Source of the DNA: Bacteroidia bacterium
GTDB taxonomy: Bacteria > Bacteroidota > Bacteroidia > M30B66
Assembly (NCBI GenBank): GCA_965279035.1
Contig: OZ257142.1
Location: 1,504,001-1,568,000, forward strand
Length of the DNA: 64,000 nt
Reading direction: 5' to 3'
The notes under the pieces were generated by a model that saw only the letters and a list, made by a program, of their open reading frames with translations, had not been told where the DNA came from and made no database searches. Position numbers and translations under genes: made by a program. Numbering within the stretch: position 1 is the first letter of the stretch; the number at the start of each line of letters is the position of its first letter. Positions 38,746 through 48,803 of this stretch are shown in pieces.

Positions 38746-39423
38746 CTAATCAATGAAAGCATAATCGTATTCTACTTCCAATTTATTATCTACATTCCAA
38801 ACTCCAGGAGCGTTCCAAGCAATTCGTTCGGCTTCATTTTTTTGGTAAATTGAAGAAACAGTTCCACTCAATGTTACTTTAGTTCCAGATACATCCACTT
38901 GAATGTCTTTATCATTGATCGACCAATTGCGCGCCAAAGCACTTTCAATATCTTTCTTCTCGATATCTGCTTTAGAATTTGCTTTAATACTAATATTATT
39001 TGTTACTCCAAGAACTCCAGCAACATTGGAAGCCGCTTTTTTCGCTGCATCACGTTGATAATTCCAATTTAATTCTCCACTTAAAGTAATCCATTCTTTC
39101 TCTACTTTCACTTGTACTTGATCATTTGGAATCTCCCAGCGCCATTTAAGTGCGTTCACTACTTCTTTAGCTAATTCCTGTTCTGTTTTTTTCCAAGATT
39201 CGTTGAACTTAATTAGAATATCTTCAACAACCGCTTTAACACCAGCAACATTTTTTGCGGCATTTTCGGCTTCTTGCTTTTTGGTGAAACTATCTACTGT
39301 TCCAGTCAAGGTGATGATTCCATCTTTTGCTATAACACCGATTTCTGCTGCATTTAATAATGGTTCCCATTTAATTGCATCTTGAACTTCTTTTTGCAAT
39401 ACTTCATTCGATTTCATAATCAA
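38746..39423 (-). CDS. BON domain protein (3 BON repeats, OsmY-like)
   Basis: Three repeats of 'ITLxG.V......AE..A....GV..V.N.I'. Confidence 0.92.
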   Translation of the reverse strand: MIMKSNEVLQKEVQDAIKWEPLLNAAEIGVIAKDGIITLTGTVDSFTKKQEAENAAKNVAGVKAVVEDILIKFNESWKKTEQELAKEVVNALKWRWEIPNDQVQVKVEKEWITLSGELNWNYQRDAAKKAASNVAGVLGVTNNISIKANSKADIEKKDIESALARNWSINDKDIQVDVSGTKVTLSGTVSSIYQKNEAERIAWNAPGVWNVDNKLEVEYDYAFID

Positions 39424-39767
39424 TTTATTTAATCTTATTAAAACAGTTTAACAAGGGGATAAAATTGATATGAATTGAATTTCTGGTTATTGCAAATTGC
39501 TTCTTATTAATTACATAAATCTCATATTATAACAAAGTATTTTTATTTAGAATGAATTAAAATAACATAAGACTTTCTTAGTTTTTTTTTATGTTGAATT
39601 GAAGTTTATACGTAACGATCTTTTATTTAGTAATTAAATGTAGATTGATCGAAGATTTCTTATGCAAAATGCAACTCAAATTTTTCAATAAAGTGTATCT
39701 CATTTATTTATAAAAATTGTTAAACTCACATTTGATTATAAATTATTTTTTACATTAGAATTTCAAT

Positions 39768-40127
39768 TTGCATCTATTTCAGCTAAATCATCTTCCTATG
39801 TCTTACGCAACTATAGTAAACCATACAAAAGTTCAGCAATGGGTGATCAATAATTTTGATCTTCAACGCGTACAACAAGAGCTTCATGTTCTCGGTTTAG
39901 ATTCCGAATCGATGGAAGCGCATATTGTGGCATTTAAAAAGGCCTTACATAAAAAAAGATTAATTACTGGATTTATATTATTAGGTGCTGGAGCGTTTAT
40001 GGGATTTTTAAGTTGTGTTTTATCGATTGTTAATCCTATTCCAAGTTTATATTACTGGATTTTATACGGCTTTACTTCAATTGCTATAACTGTTGCTTGT
40101 TGGGGAATGTATTATGTCTTAGAATGA
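39768..40127 (+). CDS. Hypothetical protein with two C-terminal TM helices
   Basis: 119-aa ORF; the ATG at 39798 is a plausible start. Confidence 0.65.
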   Translation: MHLFQLNHLPMSYATIVNHTKVQQWVINNFDLQRVQQELHVLGLDSESMEAHIVAFKKALHKKRLITGFILLGAGAFMGFLSCVLSIVNPIPSLYYWILYGFTSIAITVACWGMYYVLE

Positions 40128-40181
40128 AGCAATTGATTCAATCTATTTTCTTCATTTAGGATTTTATGATTTGAATATAGA

Positions 40182-40661
40182 TTACTGATTTCTTTTTAAT
40201 AGTGGGATTTGACATTTTTTCGATATAAAATCTGCTGCTCGATTTCCTTCTTCTGTAAATGCCCAAACAAATAAGTGTTGAATTGGGTAATTTTTCCTTA
40301 TTTCTGAAATAGCTTCTAGACTGAGTTTGGAAGCTATTCCTTTTCTTCTATATTCTTCCAGTACCAAGGCAGAACAGAGATAAATACAATCATATTCTGC
40401 GTGTAAAGGTGTTAACTCATATAGTTGTTTTTCACTAATTTCTTTATTCAAGAATTCGTACATGAGTTTTTGTGTTGTAGGAAACATCAATACCCAACAA
40501 ACCGGACCATCTTCCTCATTCCATTCTGAAACACAAGAGGAATGAATTTTTTCTAAGTGAGCTAGAATATCTTGATTCACATCCAATTGATCCGGATCTG
40601 TCCTTGTCGAGAATACCGAGTCGGCAAGTTGAATTAATCGTTCAAAATTGGAAGTTGACAT
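40182..40661 (-). CDS. GNAT-fold N-acetyltransferase
   Basis: Acetyl-CoA motif 'ALVLEEYRRKGIAS'. Confidence 0.75.
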   Translation of the reverse strand: MSTSNFERLIQLADSVFSTRTDPDQLDVNQDILAHLEKIHSSCVSEWNEEDGPVCWVLMFPTTQKLMYEFLNKEISEKQLYELTPLHAEYDCIYLCSALVLEEYRRKGIASKLSLEAISEIRKNYPIQHLFVWAFTEEGNRAADFISKKCQIPLLKRNQ

Positions 40662-40705
40662 AGTGATTTTGAGCTGATTTAATTAAAATAAAAACATCAT
40701 TAAAT

Positions 40706-41362
40706 TCATTCATTAAAAGTACTTCCAATTGCCCATTCTTGCGGGTTAATGTAAATATATTGAAAAGCTAAGTCTGTTAGAATTATAGCACCATCGATAA
40801 GAATTATTGTTAATGCTGCAATAAAACCAAAAGTTTCTGAATTAGGAATAGTGCTTGCAGCACCAGCAAATGACATTAGTACAGGTGAAATTACAATAAA
40901 AATATCTCCAGCTCTAAATAGTTGCCTAAAGCTTTTTATATCTCTACTGCTAATCTGTAATTCTTTAATACTTGCCCAGCTTACAGTTCGAACCACAGGA
41001 TAGTTTAAGGCTCTTCTTCTTATGTTCTTTTGGCGACGATTTAGTGTTGTGTCACGATTTATTTTCCTTCTAGCATCTCGATATACCGGTGGAATAATAT
41101 GTTCATTTGAAGTTGTATTTATTCGTATTGAATCCCCCGATATACCTGTAATATAGCCATCATTTTTACCTCCATCTTTCCAAAAAATCCGTACTTCAAC
41201 TTCATTCACAGGAAGTATAATTATTCGTTCGGGATTCGATTTCTTTGTGAAAAAAAGAGTGTCTTTTATCGGCGAATCTGATATTTGTGCATGAACTTGT
41301 ATATTTATTAATAGGCTAACAACAAGGAAAAATAATTTGAATCTTCTATTTATTTCTTTCAT
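40706..41362 (-). CDS. Hypothetical exported/membrane protein
   Basis: Signal peptide and two C-terminal hydrophobic segments. Confidence 0.6.
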   Translation of the reverse strand: MKEINRRFKLFFLVVSLLINIQVHAQISDSPIKDTLFFTKKSNPERIIILPVNEVEVRIFWKDGGKNDGYITGISGDSIRINTTSNEHIIPPVYRDARRKINRDTTLNRRQKNIRRRALNYPVVRTVSWASIKELQISSRDIKSFRQLFRAGDIFIVISPVLMSFAGAASTIPNSETFGFIAALTIILIDGAIILTDLAFQYIYINPQEWAIGSTFNE

Positions 41363-41428
41363 TTTCTTAAATTTTATAGCGATTAATTGGCTTGATGTGA
41401 ATCGTTTATTCTTTATTTCAATTAAAAT

Positions 41429-42109
41429 TTAACGTTGAGCAAATAGTGATTGAATGAAAATATCGCAGTTATTTTTAATTAGATAAAGGCAAGTATCATA
41501 ATAAATTCGGTTTGTAAATTTCATTCTGATATTTCCTTTTCCTCCATATATTTCATTCAGTTCCGAAGTGTATAAATCGATATGAATATCTAAATACGTA
41601 TTTCTATTCCAACTACTTTTTGAAATAAGGTCGAAGGAATTTATACTGAGTATATATTCATAGTTGTTATCATGACATATCGTTTTTAATTTTTTAATGG
41701 ATTGTTTACTCAATTTTCTACTTAAGTAATAATTCTCCATAACTTCTAGAAAAATTGGAGGTTTTGATTTTGCATTAGTCATTCGATTAAAAATAGGTCG
41801 CTGATACAAACTATCTTCCTTTGAGAATAATATTGGTGTTTCGGCTTGTAGTATAAATTGAATTCCTTTGCATGTTACTTTCCTTAATATTCCTTTTAAA
41901 TTTGTTTTTGCAGAATCTTTACTAACCTTATTATGCTTAAGAATTCGATCTAGTTGATTATTCCAGCTGATATTAGTTGTTTCAGGTAGAATTAGAAGAA
42001 CTTTAGCATTGGTTTGATTGAACAGTTTAAATGGAATAAGTAATAATAATCCAATAATTATTTTTTTATGAAATGGAATTAGTATGGTCGAAAGGTCATT
42101 TTTATTCAT
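41429..42109 (-). CDS. Hypothetical protein
   Basis: 226-aa ORF in very AT-rich sequence with an N-terminal hydrophobic stretch. Confidence 0.55.
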   Translation of the reverse strand: MNKNDLSTILIPFHKKIIIGLLLLIPFKLFNQTNAKVLLILPETTNISWNNQLDRILKHNKVSKDSAKTNLKGILRKVTCKGIQFILQAETPILFSKEDSLYQRPIFNRMTNAKSKPPIFLEVMENYYLSRKLSKQSIKKLKTICHDNNYEYILSINSFDLISKSSWNRNTYLDIHIDLYTSELNEIYGGKGNIRMKFTNRIYYDTCLYLIKNNCDIFIQSLFAQR

Positions 42110-42314
42110 AGGTTAAATAATTGTTTCATATTTAATTTCCGGATTGATAGAAAAGTTTAGCCTTATTGTGAAATAGTAATTGCAATTTAGTTAAACATTC
42201 AGCTTAATTCATAATATCAAGTTCTATCTAATGGAATAATGAGTTGGGATCTTTATTCCTTCTTCATAACATTTCAATAACATGCCTCTCAATTGCATTT
42301 AGTAGTTTCGCCAA

Positions 42315-44354
42315 ATGAATTGGTCGAACTATTTTCGTTTTTTGTTATGGGTGATTATTTTCACTTGCTTTGGTAATGCTCAGGCACAGATACAATTAGC
42401 TTTTCAAGGAGGCGAACCAGGTGATAATTGGTCATTCACGGCTACTGCAGTTTCTGCCGATGGTATTACCGAATCAACGCAAGCTCCTAACTTTGTTTCA
42501 GGTACTCAATCAATCGTAGTTGGAGGAGTTTCAGGTGGTGGAAGTTGTATTTCGGGTGGTTCAGGAAATGGAGCCAGCATCTTTCATAATTTTACCTTTT
42601 CTGATTTCAACATCAGTACCTCAAGTCAGTTCACACGAAATCTTCAATTTCATTATGGGAATCGACTTCCAGCTTGTACCGGAACTGGTTGGGATACAGG
42701 TGAAAACTTATTGCTTATCCCCATTTTGGATGGTGTTCTTCAAGATACCATCACCGTTTTTACTGGTGCTAGTAATATTGCTGTCGATATCAATCAAAAC
42801 CAATTTTCCTATCAAGTACCACCTTGTGTTGGGACTTTTGGATTTATTCTAGGAATCAAAACTAATCGTAACGATGAATTTCTATTTGTCGACAATGTGG
42901 AATTAAGTACCCCAGAATTGAACGGTCCAATTCCTTCTTTCACCACCATCAATGGCCCATTGCAAGCGTGTACTGGAACAACGAGTATATTGAGTACCGA
43001 TGAATTTGGAGGGGTGAATTACCACTGGTTTAATGAACCATCTACTTCTTCATTCATTACTCCCAACGACACCACCATTGCCGATTCCATTGTTTTAGAT
43101 TGGGGAACTACATCTCCTGGTTCCTATACGATTTCTGTTTCACCAACTGATGCATGTGGTCTTCTCAATGGAGATACGATATCCATCACCATTGAATTAG
43201 TAAATAATCCTCAACCACTTACGATAACTGGTCCCGACACAATTTGTGAAGGAAGTTCTGCCACCTTTAGTTCCAATTATGTAAGTGGAAATGCATGGTC
43301 AACTCAAGATTCAACTCAAAGCATTCAAGTGACTCAATCGGGAATTTATTCAGTCAGTGTATTAGGTGCTTGTGGAATTTTGCAAAGTAGTATAACACTG
43401 AGCGTTCTTCCTTTACCGGATGTTTCCATTCAAGTACTTGGAAATCTCGCATTATGTCCCGGACAAACGGTTCAATTAATTTCGAATACAGCGAGCGATT
43501 TTACTTGGTCAAATCAATCCACCACCGATACTCTTAGCACTGGAGAAGCTGGTATCTATATTCTAACAGTTTCAAATGCATGTGGTTCATCTTCCGATTC
43601 GGTCGAAGTGATTGCTATTCCAGGAAGTATTCAACCATCCATATTGTCTAGCTCTTCGGTTATTTGTGATGGTTCAAATTTGATACTAGTTTCAAGTGAA
43701 GCCAGCGGGAATTCTTGGTCAACAGGAAGTAATTCCGATAGCATAATTGTAACACTTCCGGGCACGTATATCTTACATGTAGATAATGGGTGTGCAACGG
43801 GGAATGATACTCTGATTGTAAGTAATTCTACATTCAATTTTCAAGCTACTGCCGCTCCAGATTCTGGTAATGCACCTTTGGATGTTAATTTCACCATTGA
43901 ATCAACTTCTAATTTGAACCTATATCAATGGGATTTTGATGGTTTTGGTACTAGCTCAACAAGTAATCCAGCATTCACTTTTAATGAACATGGTTTGTAT
44001 CCTGTATCTATTGAAGTGACTGATGAAAATGGATGTATTGGACTGGATACTATCTCTATTTTAGTATTACCTGAACTACCGTCAAAAATAAAAGTACCCA
44101 ATTGTTTTAGTCCAAACGGAGATGGTTTGAATGATTATTTAACGGTTGATGCTACGAGTATTAAATCATATGATATCCAAATACTCAATCGTTGGGGAAT
44201 TCAACTTTATCAGTCATCTGTGATATTGCCTGGTTGGGACGGCAAATACCATTCAGAAAATGCACCAGAAGGGACATATTTTTATGTGTTGAAAGCCGAA
44301 GGAAGTGACACCAAATCGTATGAATTAAAAGGGACGATAACCTTAATTCGTTAA
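42315..44354 (+). CDS. Secreted Ig-like repeat/PKD protein with T9SS type B C-terminal domain
   Basis: Signal peptide, 'C.G....L....WS' repeats, PKD 'GNAPLDVNF..YQWDFDG..SNPAFTF', and CTD 'PNCFSPNGDGLND..NRWG..WDG..PEGTYFY..KGTITLIR'. Confidence 0.9.
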   Translation: MNWSNYFRFLLWVIIFTCFGNAQAQIQLAFQGGEPGDNWSFTATAVSADGITESTQAPNFVSGTQSIVVGGVSGGGSCISGGSGNGASIFHNFTFSDFNISTSSQFTRNLQFHYGNRLPACTGTGWDTGENLLLIPILDGVLQDTITVFTGASNIAVDINQNQFSYQVPPCVGTFGFILGIKTNRNDEFLFVDNVELSTPELNGPIPSFTTINGPLQACTGTTSILSTDEFGGVNYHWFNEPSTSSFITPNDTTIADSIVLDWGTTSPGSYTISVSPTDACGLLNGDTISITIELVNNPQPLTITGPDTICEGSSATFSSNYVSGNAWSTQDSTQSIQVTQSGIYSVSVLGACGILQSSITLSVLPLPDVSIQVLGNLALCPGQTVQLISNTASDFTWSNQSTTDTLSTGEAGIYILTVSNACGSSSDSVEVIAIPGSIQPSILSSSSVICDGSNLILVSSEASGNSWSTGSNSDSIIVTLPGTYILHVDNGCATGNDTLIVSNSTFNFQATAAPDSGNAPLDVNFTIESTSNLNLYQWDFDGFGTSSTSNPAFTFNEHGLYPVSIEVTDENGCIGLDTISILVLPELPSKIKVPNCFSPNGDGLNDYLTVDATSIKSYDIQILNRWGIQLYQSSVILPGWDGKYHSENAPEGTYFYVLKAEGSDTKSYELKGTITLIR

Positions 44355-44363
44355 TAGAATTAT

Positions 44364-44663
44364 TCAATCATTTATTTTAAGGTGAAGTCCTTTTTCGGCA
44401 AGAATGCTTTCTATTTTGGGAATAGATGATTTTCCAAAACCATGAAATTGAAGTAGTTTATTTTCGGAAAAATTAACTAATAAATCGATAGATGTAATCC
44501 CATTACTTTCCAATGCACGTCGAGCCGGAGCGCTTAGTTTGTTGAGAAAATCAGCTGAGGGTTTTCGATTTATTTCACATTGAGGGCATACTGGACAATC
44601 ACTAGATTTGTAATAAATGTGACCATTTTTACAGGTCTTTAAAGTCTTATTTATTGGTGCCAT
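44364..44663 (-). CDS. Stand-alone RNA polymerase alpha-CTD-like (HhH) protein with N-terminal Cys/His cluster
   Basis: 'CKNGH...CPVCPQC', then 'LSAPARRALESNGI...LLQFHGFGKSSIPKI'. Confidence 0.8.
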   Translation of the reverse strand: MAPINKTLKTCKNGHIYYKSSDCPVCPQCEINRKPSADFLNKLSAPARRALESNGITSIDLLVNFSENKLLQFHGFGKSSIPKIESILAEKGLHLKIND

Positions 44664-44682
44664 TTATTTTTATATAATTAAT

Positions 44683-46053
44683 CACACCCGTCCAAGACGT
44701 TTGTATAACGAAAATACAATCCTGATTTGATGCGAGATTACTCATCAAAGAACGCTCTTTTGAAAATTAAACCCTCTATAATTTAAAAAAGGGACATTTG
44801 TAATTCCAGTTTATCAATTTCGTCATCATCTAAAAAGGGTTTATCAAGCCATTTTTTGAGGTCAATTTTCACAAAGAGATTTAATCGAATAAAGGACACC
44901 AAATTTGAGAGGTGCCAAGAGTGTTTTGCTTCCTTTTGAAGTGTCTTTAAAAGCAGTATGGTGATTAGTGCTGTCCAAATCTGTATCAGAACAGCATTCA
45001 TGCTGGTTCCTATGAAAGACTTGATTTTCAGGTGTGTTTTGATCTCCTTGAAGAACGATTCGATGCTCCATCTACGTTTATATAGTTCTGAAATGGTCGA
45101 TGCTGTCCAAGAAAAATTGTTTGTAAGAAGTTCAAGATATATCTGTTGTTCTTCATCCCAGATCTGAACCATTCGGAGCTTTTGCGGGTATTTTTCTTTT
45201 GATTGAGGTAAACTCAAAAAGCCTTTCCAGTCGTATTGCAAGTCTGGATTTGCTTCATCGGTTGGGCTCTTAGTTCGCTCATAAAGTTCAAACTGAATGT
45301 TTTCTTTTCCTCGAATAACAAAGAATACTCCTTGTTCATCTAATTTTCTCATCCAGTTAAAATCGACATATCCTCTATCAGCTACAACAATGCTTCCTGT
45401 GGGAAATTCAATATCATGTGCTGCATTTACATCGTGCTTTTTGCCATCACTCAAATCAGCAAAAACGGGCATACAGCCGTCAAAGTCAAGGACTGTGTGA
45501 AGTTTTATAGCTCCCTTCTTCTTTCGAAATAGTGCCCAGTCGAACACTTTAAGACAAAGGTCAATCGTGGTTGAATCGAGCAGATAGATTTTACGTTTGG
45601 GAAGCAGCTTTCGGCTTGTTTTTAAGGTTGATTCAAACTGCTCATACAAGTTAAAATACATCGCTTGAAACAGCTCCCAGTTGCGATGTTGGTTATTATA
45701 TGCCAACGATGATCGCCTCATGGCTTTTGACACTCCCAGATGATTTAAATCGCCTGTTGCTGATCGCATTCCATTGCAAACGTCATTTAAGCTATTAGAC
45801 TTGGAAAACTGGCAAAAAACCATTGTCACAAAGTGAGACCAAGCATCATTGCCTTTACAATGTTTATTGGACTCAAACTTTTCTACTAGTTTATTGAAAG
45901 AATCTCGCTTAATTTTTTGGAATATCTGAGCAAATAATGTGATCTTCATGCCGGAGTTGGTTTATGTTTTTGTGTCGTAACTCAAACATACCGGATTTAA
46001 TCCGGACCAACTCTATTTTTTTACCCTATTTTAAAACGTCTTGGACGGGTGTG
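44683..46053 (-). mobile_element. IS4-family insertion sequence, 1371 bp
   Basis: Perfect 20-bp TIRs CACACCCGTCCAAGACGTTT; 9-bp duplication ATAATTAAT at 44674-44682 and 46054-46062. Confidence 0.95.
44783..45949 (-). CDS. IS4 family transposase (DUF4372 + DDE_Tnp_1)
   Basis: 'LLDSTTI', 'KLH', 'ADRGY' and the YREK motif 'YKRRWSIESFFKEIK'. Confidence 0.95.
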   Translation of the reverse strand: MKITLFAQIFQKIKRDSFNKLVEKFESNKHCKGNDAWSHFVTMVFCQFSKSNSLNDVCNGMRSATGDLNHLGVSKAMRRSSLAYNNQHRNWELFQAMYFNLYEQFESTLKTSRKLLPKRKIYLLDSTTIDLCLKVFDWALFRKKKGAIKLHTVLDFDGCMPVFADLSDGKKHDVNAAHDIEFPTGSIVVADRGYVDFNWMRKLDEQGVFFVIRGKENIQFELYERTKSPTDEANPDLQYDWKGFLSLPQSKEKYPQKLRMVQIWDEEQQIYLELLTNNFSWTASTISELYKRRWSIESFFKEIKTHLKIKSFIGTSMNAVLIQIWTALITILLLKTLQKEAKHSWHLSNLVSFIRLNLFVKIDLKKWLDKPFLDDDEIDKLELQMSLF

Positions 46054-46605
46054 ATAATTAATATATTCTTCTAGTTTTTCTAAATATTGCTTGCCTAAAG
46101 TATTATTATTTAGTTGGTTTTCATTTGGGTATTTTTGTTCAAGCCAATTTTCATAGTGCATGTTTTTATCCTTTAAAACCAAAGAATAGTTTGTATAAGT
46201 ATCGGTAGTGTCAATTTGAATTTTCGATATTTGATTTGCTTTGGTTGTAAAAGAGAACTTCCAAATTGGATTTGGGATTTCTAATAAGGTGTAATATAAA
46301 CTGGAATCAACAGCCATGTATATTGATTTTTCACTTGATTGAGATATATCAATTACTGTGAATTTTCCTTTTAATAGTTGTGAATAATCTATATAATTAT
46401 TTAAGAAACTGGTTTTATCATTTTTATAGGAAGTGTAGGTTCGGGTTAATTCAAAATCATCAGTCAATAGTATTTCCAAGCTATCTTTTTGGTACGCATT
46501 AGTGTATCGAAAAAATTTATTGATTAGCTCATCAGTAGATTGAGCATTAACAAACAGTTGCAACAGAATAAATATGCCCAAACTAATAAGCTTGAATCGA
46601 TTCAT
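46021..46605 (-). CDS. Exported hypothetical protein (possibly NTF2-like); last 10 codons supplied by IS4
   Basis: Signal peptide; the C-terminal HTRPRRFKIG is read from the IS end. Confidence 0.7.
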   Translation of the reverse strand: MNRFKLISLGIFILLQLFVNAQSTDELINKFFRYTNAYQKDSLEILLTDDFELTRTYTSYKNDKTSFLNNYIDYSQLLKGKFTVIDISQSSEKSIYMAVDSSLYYTLLEIPNPIWKFSFTTKANQISKIQIDTTDTYTNYSLVLKDKNMHYENWLEQKYPNENQLNNNTLGKQYLEKLEEYINYHTRPRRFKIG

Positions 46606-47012
46606 TTTTTCAAGGCTATTTTACAAGCTATGAAGCTCATTGGCAGATAGGCTCCCAATAAATCTACAAGTGTAAACCAGAGTGGTGAAGGAAGCATGAT
46701 CACATTAGCAATTCCACCAGCTAAAAAGACAAATCCAATACTGTATGCTATTCGTTTTTTGTGTGAACCAGCAATCAGAATGACTAGTATTGCTCCTACC
46801 AATGTACCTAATGCATGAGCCAACCAGGGCATAAGGAAATGTTTAGGTTCCATGAGATGCATGGCAGCTTTAAGACCTTCCATTGTTTTCAAATTAGCAC
46901 CTTCAGGAGGAGGAATTAAACTTGAGCCTAGGCTGATAATGGCTCCATTCACTATTGATCCGATCACAAGACCTGTAATGATTGCAAGGACATTTTTTGC
47001 TGTTGAATTCAT
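46602..47012 (-). CDS. Conserved hypothetical membrane protein
   Basis: Four TM helices; 'IPPPEG' and 'FLMPWLAHALGTLVGA'. Confidence 0.75.
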   Translation of the reverse strand: MNSTAKNVLAIITGLVIGSIVNGAIISLGSSLIPPPEGANLKTMEGLKAAMHLMEPKHFLMPWLAHALGTLVGAILVILIAGSHKKRIAYSIGFVFLAGGIANVIMLPSPLWFTLVDLLGAYLPMSFIACKIALKK

Positions 47013-47068
47013 AGGATATGTAGCTTAGGTTGGGTTTTAAGCGGGATGATTTTTACGAATATATCAAT

Positions 47069-47707
47069 TTATTCCATCTGAATTCTTTTCCAAACACGAT
47101 TCTTCTCATCAGAATATTGAAGAATTCCGATCTCTTTGTCAAATAAAAATTGATTGATAGGTTCATTTATATTAACGCCCACATACTGAGCATTGGAAGA
47201 TTGAAACAAAATTTCTTTGGATTTATTTCCCTCTTGTTTTAATACAAATTCTTCATCGAAAACTAAACCGAGAAAGCTTATTTGACGAGAACTATGAGAA
47301 TTTTTAACCAATTCAAATTGAATGAAATTTTCAGGTTCTTCATGCATTGATTTTACTGTAAATTGATGGTAACTAAATGGACTCATACGATAGGAAATAA
47401 AAACCTTACTAGCCTGATAAAATCCCTGCTCTATTGAATTTACATGCAATGTGTCTCTCTTAACTGCATCAAAGTAAATCGTATCATGTAGACCCTGTTC
47501 AGTTGAATAGATGACGCTTTGTGACTGTTGAAATGGAATGGTAAATTCCAAATCTTCCTTTTTAAGTGTTTGTTGTGAGGAGCAACTATATAAAATAAAA
47601 CACAGAAACAGTTGGAATAATATTGAGCTTGTTTTCAATGATGTTTTTAGTATTATTTCGTGAATTAAATCTTGAATAAATGCAACTATACTTTTGATTT
47701 TTCCCAA
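47069..47707 (-). CDS. Hypothetical lipoprotein (start uncertain)
   Basis: Lipobox-like 'LYSC' after a hydrophobic stretch. Confidence 0.6.
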   Translation of the reverse strand: MGKIKSIVAFIQDLIHEIILKTSLKTSSILFQLFLCFILYSCSSQQTLKKEDLEFTIPFQQSQSVIYSTEQGLHDTIYFDAVKRDTLHVNSIEQGFYQASKVFISYRMSPFSYHQFTVKSMHEEPENFIQFELVKNSHSSRQISFLGLVFDEEFVLKQEGNKSKEILFQSSNAQYVGVNINEPINQFLFDKEIGILQYSDEKNRVWKRIQME

Positions 47708-48240
47708 TACATAATGAGTTTTTCACTCAGTGTATTTTCTAATTTGAAAAATCCCGGAATACTACCAACTGTCTTGAATCCTAGTTTCTCATAAAGTTGA
47801 ATAGCCGGAGTATTTTCCAAATATACTTCAAGCCAAATCAAATTGATATGCTCGTTCGATTGAACCCAATCCATGGCATGCTTCATCAAAAAATAACCAA
47901 TTCCATTTCTGCGATATTCAGATAAAATTCCAATTCCTATCATAGCAGTATGTTGTAACTGAATTCTAGTTGCGCCTGTTAAATCAATATTTCCAACAAT
48001 TTTTCCTTCACATTCAGCAATCAATAAAACTGAATTAACTTGATTTATATAATTCTGAATGAGCTGAATTTCTTCTTCTAGAGTTTGTGTATACTCTTCA
48101 GGTAATAGAGGAATATACGGACTTTCAGCAATGTACTTTCGTTTGGTTTCTAACAGTTGTGGGGCATCTTCAACTCGAGCATGACGAATGGTGATCGATT
48201 GACCATTTTTTAGTTTGTTTGTGCCCGGATATGCTTTCAT
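47686..48240 (-). CDS. GNAT family N-acetyltransferase
   Basis: 'GIGILSEYRRNGIG' and 'NTPAIQLYEKLGF'. Confidence 0.92.
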   Translation of the reverse strand: MKAYPGTNKLKNGQSITIRHARVEDAPQLLETKRKYIAESPYIPLLPEEYTQTLEEEIQLIQNYINQVNSVLLIAECEGKIVGNIDLTGATRIQLQHTAMIGIGILSEYRRNGIGYFLMKHAMDWVQSNEHINLIWLEVYLENTPAIQLYEKLGFKTVGSIPGFFKLENTLSEKLIMYWEKSKV

Positions 48241-48270
48241 CTGCTTGATTCAAGCTGCAAAATACATAAA

Positions 48271-48738
48271 TTAATCACGAATCGGATTTTCAGAAATTAC
48301 TAGAAACATATCGTATAAATCATACCCTTTTGACCAATAATTCGGAATTATTTCGGTTAAAGAAAATCCACTCTTCTCATAGAATCGATAGGTCATTTGA
48401 GAAGTTCGAACTCGAATTCGTGTATATCCTTTTTGCTTTATTAGATTCATTCTGAAATTCAATAATTGATTTCCCAGTTTTATTTTCTGAAAATCGGGAT
48501 GAATTAAATCCCAACTGATTACAGCAAAATTCTCATTCAGCGGATAATTTATTCCTCCTGCTCCAACTACTTTATCATCTTTTTCAATTACAAAATAGTC
48601 TTCCAATTCATGATTTAAATACTGTTTCAACTCCTCTGCTTCATTCTCTGCAAAATAATGAGGTGTATTGAGTTTAATAATAGCTAGAATAGCATCTTGA
48701 TCTGTTGATTGATAGGGACGAATAATAACTTGATTCAT
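48271..48738 (-). CDS. GNAT family N-acetyltransferase
   Basis: 'IHPDFQKIKLG' and 'FYEKSGF'. Confidence 0.88.
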   Translation of the reverse strand: MNQVIIRPYQSTDQDAILAIIKLNTPHYFAENEAEELKQYLNHELEDYFVIEKDDKVVGAGGINYPLNENFAVISWDLIHPDFQKIKLGNQLLNFRMNLIKQKGYTRIRVRTSQMTYRFYEKSGFSLTEIIPNYWSKGYDLYDMFLVISENPIRD

Positions 48739-48803
48739 TTGAATTATTTATTTATTCAAAAATAGTGTTGAAAATCTCATCTTAATTCATTTTTAAATTA
48801 AAC

